Below are positions 53,678 through 64,000 of a stretch of 64,000 bases of DNA, piece by piece (position 1 is the first letter of the stretch; each line of letters starts with the position of its first letter). The stretch lies in NCBI RefSeq assembly GCF_009834535.1, contig NC_045696.1, forward strand, positions 94,056,001 to 94,120,000. The letters are read 5' to 3'. The DNA is from Camelus ferus (Eukaryota). The notes under the pieces were generated by a model, which worked only from the letters and a program-made list of their open reading frames with translations, searched no databases and was not told where the DNA came from. The position numbers and the translations under genes were made by a program.

Positions 53678-54898
53678 CAGGGAATCAGAAATATGTGTCA
53701 TCATATGAAAAGTTACCACAAATTCACAAGAACTAACTTAAAATTCAGGGTCGTTTTCCAATCATCATATTGTTCTGGGTATTTTTTATCAGTGAAATAA
53801 AACATGGTTGATTTGTTCCCCTTTTTCCAGGTAAGGAGGGTCCTAGAAAACTATCTCAAGTAATTAGACAGCAGAAATCAATTTTTGATTTAGTAAAATC
53901 ACAAATCTGTGAAATGATTTAATCATAAAAGACTTTTCCTTGCTTCTGAGAGAGAATGAAGATGACACTTAACCTCACCTATTTCAAGGTTTGTAAACAC
54001 AGCACAGTTTGAATTACAAGAAAATTTCTATTCTAGTGACTGGAACCAAGCAAAGGCTATCCTGTAACACTTTCATCACTTTGCTTTGACTCAATGTTAC
54101 CAGTATATTTTTTGCAAACCAGAAATATATTTATTTGACAATTTTCAAATGTCCCCAAATGCTATATTCTTGTCAATGGATTTGAAAATCTGTTGTGTTA
54201 AATATGGGTAAATAAAAAATAATACAAAAGAAAACAAAAATCATGTTAACAGGCAAAGCACACTAATGGTGGTTCCACTTTCTTGAAATAGATCACTATG
54301 ACATGGCAGCTAACAGTAATTAATAAGTGATAAATAAAACAATAAAATGTCAGTCTGCAAGTAACCTTGTCAGACTCCTGATGTTGCTCCAGGCTCCAAC
54401 AATCAGTCAAGCTAATTAGGAGGATCAGACAGCAATTAATATCTTAATGCCTGTGAGACCTGAGACATGTTACGAATACCGCAGAGTTAAAGGGGCTGCG
54501 TTGAGGTGTGAATATCCCGAGGGCAGAAACCAACAGCAAAGAAGAAAATGCTTCTCCAATTCTTTCCTCCCTGGCTACTATCTGCACCTCCTTCAAATAA
54601 CGTACTATTCAGATTATTTCATGTTAGTGGCTCAAGAAAAGCATTGTACATCTTTAAGACAATTACTCAATTCTTTCCTTTAAACTGGAAGAATACGTTA
54701 AATGTGCAGTTAATTTCTGCTCTCATGAATATTCATTGAAGTAGCTTATAATTATAAACAACACCAGCCTTCACCTTACCTTTTATAGCCCCTTATTTTA
54801 GCAACGGAGGTGTATTAGTTTACTTGTCTTTTTCCCTATCTAAATTACTAGAAATGAGAAATGATAAACTCATTCTGCCTAGTATAAAATGGATGATC

Positions 54899-55246
54899 TA
54901 GAAAAATACCATATGAGATCGCTCATATGTGGAATCTAAAGAAAAAAAACAAACAAAACCTAAATACAAAACAGAAACAGACTCATAGACATAGAATACA
55001 AACTTGTGGCTGCCAAGGAGGCGGAGGGTGGGAAGGGACAGACTGGGATTCCAAAATGTAGAATAGATAAACAAGATTACACTGTATAGCACAGGGAAAT
55101 ACATACAAGATCTTATGGTAGCTCACAGAGAAAAAAATGTGACAATGAATATATATATATATGTTCAGGTATAACTGAAAAATTGTGCTCTACACTGGAA
55201 TTTGACACAACATTGTAAAATGATTATAAATCAATAAAAAATGTTA
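54899..55246 (+). mobile_element. Young 5'-truncated L1 3'UTR (camelid-type)
   Basis: Perfect 13-bp TSD aaaatggatgatc at 54886-54898 and 55247-55259; ends aaatcaataaaaaatgtt. Confidence 0.93.
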
Positions 55247-55799
55247 AAAATGGATGATCAATAATGAATAGTTAGAAAATGTAAGCTTACAGTGCATTTT
55301 CGAGACATTACTGGGCTGAGGTCTTAGACAAAATCATCTCTATTTTGAAATGTAGCAAATTCATATTAAAGACACTACACTCTTGGCTTTAGTTCCTAAC
55401 TCTGAACCTTTGCAGTAAATACAGACAAGGTGTTAATTAAGAGAACTGCCAATCCAAATGAATAATGCAGTGCTGGAAACAGCACGGGTGAGGGCTTGAC
55501 CTTCTGCGTCAAAGAGGTGCTCTATTGCTGAAGTCTCAATTTTGGAACTACGACTACAGAATAATGAGAAAATGGGAGGAAAAAATAGTGGGATCTCCAT
55601 TAACTCATTCAGCTACTCCTAATTAGTTTGTAAAAACTGTCAGGCAATGTTGAATGAAAGGCTTTTCAGGAATAGGAAATGAATAAAGGTCACCGTATGT
55701 ACAAACTATTTTTTCAGCCCAAAGAATGCCAACCAAATATTTAGTGAGAACAGGTGCTTCATAAGGGCTCTTCCTAAATGCCCTGCTTTAAGCAGCAGC

Positions 55800-56015
55800 A
55801 TAATAAAGCAGCTGCCTTCTTCCGGACACTCAGTGCAGGCTGAACTAACTTAGCCACCTCAGCCCCGCAGGGGGAGGGGAGGTGGGCATGCAGGGCGCGG
55901 AAGCATCCAGGGTGGCGGGGTCCACGGTCAACCCAAAGCCAGCCACCTCTGACTCCCATACGGCATCTCAGTCACCTGGGAGCTCAGGACCATCCGAGCC
56001 AGATCCTTTCAACAG
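55800..56015 (+). promoter_or_regulatory. GC-rich promoter-like patch and candidate non-coding first exon
   Basis: Local CpG enrichment, ETS motifs cttccgg (55819) and cggaag (55898), G-tracts, donor CAG|GTAATT after 56015. Confidence 0.45.
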
Positions 56016-56371
56016 GTAATTCTACTCCTGATTCGAACTTGACAACTAAGTTGGGAAGTCTTTTCTAGGCTATGTGGTTGTTCCAGCTTAAAGGAGAGAC
56101 CCAGTTACCATTTAATCAGGACTGAATTATAAATCTCTGACATTTCTCAAATGTTTGAAAACCTAAATCATTGTCTGTGAAGATTCTTCCGAAGCTACTA
56201 AATACCTCAGGCCATGAGAATTTAAAAAAAAAAAAAAAAATTTCAGTGAGGCCAATACTGCAAATAACTTAGTTGCTTTAGGAAAGGTGCTCTGCCTTTG
56301 GCTTCCTTTTCTGGGAAAGCTCCAGGTTGAACAGAAGATAAGATGGAGGAAAATCTTCTTGTGTAGACTAG

Positions 56372-56560
56372 TAGCATTTATTGAAAGCCTATTCGGGACA
56401 GGCACTGTTCTATCACCATATTATAACTTCAAGACAATTTTATGAAGTAAGTGCCATTATTATACCCATTTTACAGACAAGGATGCTGAGGCACAAGAGG
56501 CATGGTAATTTGCCCAAGAACACTATTCGATCCAAGTGCCGAGTTTTACACATGAATCTC
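56372..56560 (-). mobile_element. MIR SINE
   Basis: cccattttacagacaaggatgctgaggcacaagagg...taatttgcccaag. Confidence 0.8.
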
Positions 56561-57126
56561 GATGTCCAGGGTGTCACAATGATCCACCTTGTCATTTGTC
56601 TTCACCTGGGCCCCAGACACTGTCGCTTTGGTTTCTCCAGGGTATCTTACTCAGTTTAAATCCTAGCCTATATCTGGGCCCACAGGAACAGCTAGCTGTT
56701 CCCACTCAACTCCACACACTCAGGATAAACCAAGTGACCACACACCCAGGCTTTCAAAGCAGAAGCACATTTACTGTCATAAGGAAGAAAGCAACACCTT
56801 CTCCCCAACTGAACACCTCCCAAGTTAGTTGTCAACAGAAGGTGAAGTTGTAGTAGTAATTCCTCCGGGACCACAGCTTATTGCTGGGTCTCTGGCAAAG
56901 ACTGCTATTCTGAGGACATAATAGAGCGAAGTCTGGCTTCAGAGGGTCACCCGAAAACATTTTTGCCTAGCCTTAGCCAGCGACCAGGGTTTAGCAATTT
57001 TAGAATCTATTTCCCCTATTTCTGTGTTAAAACGTTCAACTCCTTAGTTGTCCATCTTCCCCAGGTGCCCTATGAATGTGAAGACTCACTTCCCTACAGT
57101 TTTTTATCCATATTATATTTTTTATA

Positions 57127-57243
57127 TAGAGTTACCGGGTAAAAACACATGACACTTAGTTAAGTTTAGCTTGAGGAGAATTTCAGAGAAATTCAAGTTT
57201 AACTGGGCATATGTGCTTTTGTGTGCTAAATCTGGCAACTGTA
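57127..57243 (+). mobile_element. MER53-like hAT DNA element, internally deleted
   Basis: TIR-like ends tagagttaccgggt / atctggcaactgta; internal aattcaagtttaactgggc. Confidence 0.65.
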
Positions 57244-57574
57244 TTCTATAGCTAACTCATTAAAAGTAGGAGGAGGGGAAGCCACTTTTTATTGAGTAAA
57301 CTATCTTATTTCGTGTAGATTAGTTTAATGACACGAAGCTGAAGTATTTTTGTGGTTATCATCTGCAGATGGCTGCAAAATTTTCTCTCATTAATTTTAA
57401 ACTGTACATTATAAATTAATCATATTCAGGCTCTAAATCTAAACATATTTAGTGTGCCTCCCACAGTTCATTTTCCTGGGGTAAGAGAATCACCATAATA
57501 ATTATCAGGAACTTTCCCCTATTGTTTGTGATTAAAGGGTCCTATAAAGATGAATTTTCTTAAGCACCAAAAGA

Positions 57575-57725
57575 ACTTTTCAACTTTAATTTTTCATAGA
57601 ACTGCTTTTGCTGCATCCCATAGATTTTGTGTGGTTGTTTTTTCATTGTCATTTGTGTCAAAGTATTTTTTAGTTTCCTCTATGATTTCATCATTGACCC
57701 ATTGGTTTTTTTAGGATCATACTGA
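57575..57725 (-). mobile_element. L1 ORF2 (endonuclease-adjacent) small fragment
   Basis: agaactgcttttgctgcatcccatagattttg...ttcatcattgacccattgg. Confidence 0.75.
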
Positions 57726-59104
57726 TTTTTTTCTGAAGTGTATTTCACTTTGCTTTATTTACTTGGGGGCAATATACTGAATATGATTTCCTCTAGAAAA
57801 GAATCAGTGTTATCATTATTAATGTAAATCTTTTTGGCCTTTAACACAGTGATACACCCCCCCCCCAAGTCTACTGGAGTGGACAGGACTGTTTCCCTAT
57901 GTGCGCACAGTCTCTCTGGGCTACGTTCTGTGATTGTCCCCCTGCTGCTGTTTGCTCTCCTGGGTACCTCCAGGACCCAGCTGTGTGAATAAAGAACTGA
58001 GGAAGCTTACTTACAGACTCAGGTGCATTTGCTTTATGCCAGCTGTTTTTTGCAGCTACTTCAGAGGCCTGCTCGTACTTCATGGTTGCTGCTTAATTCC
58101 TTATAAGTGAGCTTAGTCAGGTATGTGAAGGGCTGCTCTGCGTTTGCCAGTAACGCTTCCCCAAGATGTGTTCTATCGGACACAAGTTCTATGAAATGTG
58201 AACAGGTGCCTCAAGAAAAACTTGCAGGATGGGAGCGTTTGAGAGGCAGTGAGCTAAAGAAAAGGGTAAATCTGTACAAAGTTAAAGCTGCCTTTACAGG
58301 GGTTTTCGTATGTTAATGGCAGTCATAAAGCCCCAGGTGGCTGATGTGATATGTGGCAAATTTTGGTTTTATCTGTCCACAGCATCCCTTTGGTGAAAGC
58401 TCACACTAGACACACTTATCATGACTTATAGTTTCAGCTGTACACAGAAGTAAAAATCTTGAGCATGACATAAGCATAATTCTAAAAACTTAAGAGGAGA
58501 AAGGAATGGAATGTAGTGAAGTGATTTATAATGGGGATGAATTAATATCCTTTATGTATTCAATTAATTATGCATTGGAGATAGTTCTTTGAAAATAATA
58601 GCAAGTGTACAAATCTTCAAGACATTGATTGAAGGACAGGTTTCTTCTTTAGAAGGAAAAGGGTTGAGTTTCTGAATGCTAATGTATTAAAAAGGAGTAA
58701 CACGTCCAGGTTTAGAACCCATAAAAATGTAGTAACATTTGTGCTCTCTGGACTAGTTCAATCAGAGGATAAAACTAAAGGTTAAATAGAATTCAGTGCT
58801 TCCAATAGAAACTTCAAAAAAAAAAAAAAAAGGTGAAATAATAATCTCATCTTGGCTTCTCTTTCCAGCTGATCTGCTTCTTCCTTTCTGAGCTCTTAAA
58901 AATATGTATTTTAGGTAAATATTAATGCTTTTAATCAGTGTTTGATATCGTCTTGTCATTATTTTTGGAAGTTATTACTACTAAGTACTGAAGGAAAGGA
59001 CTACATTGTGTTGAGAGGAGCACACTAATATTTGGCATAAGCATGTGTGCTGTTTGTCTTTGTCTGAAGACACACACGCAAGCACATAAATACATTTGTA
59101 TTAA

Positions 59105-59300
59105 TTAGAATTCCAGCTCTGACAATTACCATGTGACCTGGAGCAAGCTGCTTAACTGTTCTACACCTTAGTTTCCTTATCTGTAAAATGGTGCTGACAA
59201 TAAAACTCATCTCACAGGGCTGTGAGCATTAAATGAGATGATACATGCAGAGTGCTTAGCACAGTACCAGCCTGTACTGAGCATAAGTGTTAACTACTTA
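59105..59300 (+). mobile_element. MIR SINE
   Basis: tgtgacctggagcaagctgcttaac...gtttccttatctgtaaaatgg...gtgcttagcacagtacc. Confidence 0.85.
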
Positions 59301-60481
59301 CTTACATCTTTCATTCAGATTGATACAGAGGTCTTCTCAGTTCTCCCAAATGGGAAGGGTTATGTGAGTCCAAAGTCATGCTGAAATCTCCCCTAATATA
59401 ATAAGGAAAAATACTGAAAAGATAAAGCTATAGGAATTTTGTAAGTATCTGAATAATGGCACTGGCCAGCCCACCCACCCACACCCACACCCACACAAAA
59501 TAGAAGCAAAAGTTGCTGTTTAGACAGTCACAAATGCAACAACAACAAAACAAACAATATAAAAACTCTACCAAATTACATTTTGGGAGCTAGTATCTTT
59601 ACAATCACATAAATGAAGGCATGCTTCATGCCTTTAGTTCCACATGCTGCATTAAATGCCTGCCTTTGTAATTTTGCTTGTAAACACTAATATAAAGCTG
59701 TATCTTTGTGGCTAAAAGTATACATTCGTGAACTCCCCACACTACAATTCAATTTTGAAGGTAAGAAGTGATTTTTATTTAGATAAGGAAAATGGCTTGT
59801 CCGTGGGCACAAGTGCCCTGCGCTTTGTCTTCCCTGGCGTGTGTGCCAGACCACCTAAACCTGTCGGTGCCGCCCCGCTTCCCCCAACCTCGTAAGCCTT
59901 TCTATGTTTGGCTTTCCTCAAAAATATACTCCACTTTGTTTTATTGAGCCCATGGATGTACAGATATTTGTAGGCTTATTTCAGTACTGGTGCCCAAAAA
60001 GTTGTTAGACAATTTTCAGGTACAAAAAATAAAATAAAATAAAGTTAGATGCTGGGGAGTGTCAATGGTAAAGATCAAGCTCTTCAGGAGAACTTCACTG
60101 CCCATCTCTGATCTTTTATTGTTCTCAGTGACTTTGTGAAAACATCACTTTTGAAAGGCTCTAAAAAAAAATCTGACCTCAATAGCCGCTTTTTTTCTAG
60201 GCAGGGTGATCGTATTATCCAAACGAAACTGAGTAATTATGACTGAAGAAGGATTTTGCTTCCTGGTGTGATGAGCAGTGTCAGAGGTGACGTACTGGAC
60301 CCCTGAAACATTTCAAGGCTTATGCGAGTGAGTGGGCCACAAGCTTCTGGAGAGTGAGGAATCCAGAGCAGGACCACTGAAGGTACCAGAAAGCATAAAG
60401 GGGCCAAGGTGCCAAGTGGCCGGGGGCTTCTCAGTCTTCAGTGAGAATAAGTGGGCTTTTATTTGTTCTGCTCTTTGAGAT

Positions 60482-61090
60482 TCTATTTTTTAAAACTGAG
60501 ATATAATTCACATAAGACTCACTGTTTAAAGGTGTATAATTCAGTGGTTTTTAGTACCTCCACAAGGTTGTGCATTGATCACTGTTATCTAATTGCCGAA
60601 CGTTTTTATCAACCCCAAAGAAACCCTGTGCTCACTAGTAGTCACTTCCCATTTTCCCCTCCTACCAGCCCCTGACGATCGCTCATCTACGTTCCACCTC
60701 TAAGGATCTGCTTATTCTGGACATTGATAAAGGTGGGACATATAGTATGCCTTTGGGTCTGGTGTCTTTCACTTAGCGTGCTTCCGAGGTTCAGCCCTGT
60801 TGCAGTGTACATCAGAACCCCGTTCCTCGTTATGGCTGAACACTCCATTGTGTGGATATACCGCCTTTGTTTACCCAGTCATCAGCTGATGGACATTAAG
60901 GCTGTTTCTACTTTTTGGCTATTTGAAATGCTGCTGCTATGAACATTCACTTATGCATATGGACACATAAATTCTCTATGTGTACAGGCCTAGCAGTGAA
61001 TCGATGTGTCATATAGTAACTCTGTTTAACTCTTTTGGGAACTGTCAAGCTGTTTTCCATTTTGGCTGCACCATTTGCATTCCCACTATG
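60482..61090 (-). mobile_element. L1MB-like 3' end
   Basis: ttttaaaactgagatataattcacata...ggtgtataattcagtggtttttagt...tggctgcaccatttgcattcccac. Confidence 0.85.
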
Positions 61091-61729
61091 TGAGGAAGTA
61101 TATTAAGGGTGAACATATTTTGGGTGGCAGCAATGTAGCCAGGGCCAAATTTTTAAAATCTTCTAATTTGGGGGTATACAGTAGAAATGACCTTAAATCA
61201 GGATGATCTAGTAATATCTAGGACCTAACTCCACATCACCACCGTTAGGACTCTTTACAGTACTGATGCATAACTGTATGTGCTGTATATGAACTTCCTC
61301 TCTAAGCAGGTTGACAATAGCTATAGTTGAAATTCCATGGATTAGGCTCACAAGCTCTGTCCTCTCTCTCTGCCCCAGCCCAGTGCTCTTCTCTCTATTT
61401 CTGTGAACATTATTGAATTCTGTTCATCCCGTAAGGCTCAACCTAGGTGGCTTCAAAGTCTTTCCTAATTAATCCAACTTCTGGTTAGACATCACTCTTA
61501 CCCACTTAAGATGAGTGCCTGGACTACCCATTTGGTCTTAGTCATGCTGCCTAATATTGATTGTTTTGTTCATGAGTGTAGATGTTTTGTCTTCCTAACT
61601 CTGAGGACAGCACCACATGTAATACTTCTTTTGCTTTCCCAAAGTATATATTCTGGTATTGTGATTACTGCACACTCAGTAAACAATCAGAAGACTGGCT
61701 TTTAAGAGAAGATTCTTGAGAAGTGACCA

Positions 61730-61925
61730 AGGAATTACCATTTTTTGAGCACCTTTTATATGCTTGGGTCTAAGCTATGGATTATCAGTTAATTCACACT
61801 GTGACTTGATGAGCAGGATTTTCATATTTTCTCATTTGTTGGGGAAAATTGATGCTGAGAATGTTTTCCCCCAAATCACATAGCCAGTAAATGACAGAGG
61901 TTGGATTTGAGTCCAGGTAGGTTTC
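61730..61925 (-). mobile_element. MIR SINE
   Basis: ggaaaattgatgctgaga...cccaaatcacatagccagtaaatgacagagg...ggatttga. Confidence 0.7.
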
Positions 61926-62008
61926 CACCATGTAATAAAGCTTCATTAGATTTTAAAGATTCCAATAAAAACTACTTAGCAAAGCTCTTTAAAAACATAG
62001 TAGATTCT

Positions 62009-62025
62009 AGCTCATACAACTCAAT

Positions 62026-62069
<44 letters not shown>

Positions 62070-62590
62070 AAAACCCAATCCCAAAATGGGCAGAAGACCT
62101 AAACAGACATCTCTCCAGTGAAGACATACAAATGGCCAACAGGCACATGAAAAGATGTTCAATATTGCTAATTATCAGAGGAATGCAAATCAAAACTACA
62201 ATGAGGTACCACCTCACACTAGTCAGAATGGCCATCATTAAAATGTCCACAAATGATAAATGCTGGAGAGGGTGTGGAGAAAAGAGAACTCTCCTACACT
62301 GCTGGTGGGAATGTAGTTTGGTGCCCCCATAATGGAAAACAGTATGGAGATTCCTTAAAAAACTAAAAACAGATTTACCATATGATCCAGCAATCCCACT
62401 CCTGGGCACGTATCTGGAGGAGTCTCTAATTCAAAAAGACACCTGCACCTCAGTGTTCATAGCAGCACTATTTACAATAGCCAAGACATAGAAACAACCT
62501 AAATGTCCATCCACAGATGAATGGATAAAAAAGATGTGGTATGTATGTATGTATGTGTACATCAGCACCCTGTTCCTATGGGTATGTATG

Positions 62591-62637
<47 letters not shown>

Positions 62638-63100
62638 TTATAGCTACTCAGCAATAAAAAAGAATAATAATGCTATCTGCAGCAACATAGATGGACCTGG
62701 AGTTTCTCATACTAAGTGAAGTAAGCCAGAAAGAGAAAGAAAAATACCTTATGATATCACTTATATGTGGAATCTAAAAAAAATGACACAAATGAACTTA
62801 TTTACAAAATAGAAACAGACTCACAGACATAGAGAACAAGCTTATGGTTACCAGAGCGGGGAAGAGAGAGGTGGAGGGATAAACTGGGAGTTCACGATTT
62901 GCAGATACACACTACTATACATAAAATAGATAAACAACAAGGTCCTACTGTATAGCACAGGGAACTATAGTCAATACCTTGTAATAGCTTATAATGAAAA
63001 AATATGAAAAGAAATATATGTATATGTGTATAACTAAATTACTATGCTGTATACCAGAAACCAACACAACATTGCAAATCAACTATACGTCAAGTAAAAA
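62009..63100 (+). mobile_element. 5'-truncated L1 (ORF2 C-terminal region + 3'UTR) containing (CAA)n and (CA)n
   Basis: [30 protein letters not shown]...[31 protein letters not shown]; imperfect TSD aaaaacatagtagattct / aaaaacagcggattct. Confidence 0.95.
62027..62069. repeat. (CAA)~14 trinucleotide microsatellite within L1
   Basis: Seen directly; produces the poly-Thr/poly-Val runs in the ORF track. Confidence 0.92.
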
Positions 63101-63594
63101 AAAAACAGCGGATTCTTATGCATCTGAAATAGTTTAAATATAGGAATTCCTAGAAACAGGGGAAAGAATACATTAAGTCTCTGAGGCATTGTGAAATCGT
63201 CACACTCTAATTTTAACAGGTGGTGCTAAATTCCTCTTTTTCTTAAACAGAAGCGAATTTCAAAAAGGATCTGATTTGGAATATTAACATAACTAAAGCT
63301 ATTAACTAATTTTCTTATTTTCCTAACAAGATAATAAACATTATGGATCACTGCTTTTGATAATCTATCTATATGTGTACATAAAGTCTATCTACCACAG
63401 GATAAGTGCAGTTTTCACAGTGACCAAAGATAATTTTTCTATGTCGTTGAAAGTATATTTATACTGCTTTGTACATCACCTTTGGTTTGTAATCCCAGTT
63501 CATGAAAGTCTTGACATGTGAATACAATCTAGCAACATAATTCACTTATTTACAATTTTGAAAGAACAAGGAAAGTACCCTAATGTAACAAACA

Positions 63595-63745
63595 CAGCAG
63601 AGCCCTGGGCTTTGCCCTCACTCTGTCACAAGGTGGGTGTATAGATTTGGGTAATCCCTCAGTCTCTGAAGCCAGTCTCTTCAGCTATAAAATTTATTGG
63701 GTTGGACCTGGTGATCTGCAGGGTCCTTCCAGTTTTAAGGTTAAT
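63595..63745 (+). mobile_element. MIR/MIR3-like SINE
   Basis: ttgggtaatccctcagtctctgaagccagtctcttcagctataaaat...gggttggacctggtgatctgcagggtccttccag. Confidence 0.65.
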
Positions 63746-64000
63746 GATCATCAAAATGAAGGGATCAGAGAGAACAAACACGACACTAAAGAGGTTTCCG
63801 TGCTCTGAGCTGCCTTTTAGAAAGTTGGCCGTAGCCTTTCAATCAATCATAAACCAGAGGGCAGAGCTGCAGTGAAAAGCTTCTGGCTCTTAATTTTTGG
63901 GTACATTTCTGATACTTCAGGGTGGTTTAAATGGCTGTGAGTGCCCTAATGCCACACAAAGCTCACATCACTCTCATCATTATGAAACCTTCACAGATGT

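Noticed and set aside
61901..62409. Poly-Thr/poly-Val ORFs of 143-145 aa
   Set aside because: L1 ORF2 fragment with a (CAA)n expansion, plus its antisense frame.

Overview
AT-rich, repeat-dense mammalian (eutherian) genomic DNA, not prokaryotic. Most of the window is decayed interspersed repeats: L1, L2, MIR, MaLR/ERVL/ERV1 LTRs, hAT and Tigger elements, plus microsatellites. The youngest L1 3' ends match, from my recall, the camelid L1 3'UTR, and I see no Alu, Bov-A/tA, PRE-1 or SINEC SINEs, so a camelid origin is likely (inference). No ORF in the supplied track is a credible host protein; the recognisable ones are L1 ORF1/ORF2 remnants. Non-repeat signals are a CpG island/promoter at ~27.55-28.0 kb, a second GC-rich promoter-like patch at ~55.8-56.0 kb with candidate + strand 5' exons, and several candidate micro-exons. 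I cannot name the gene(s). I see no evidence of a novel multi-gene system. The most unusual structure is a ~100-bp locally templated, order-permuted insertion (11092-11193) that interrupts an L2 element. Repeat family names come from remembered consensus sequences, and most boundaries are approximate.
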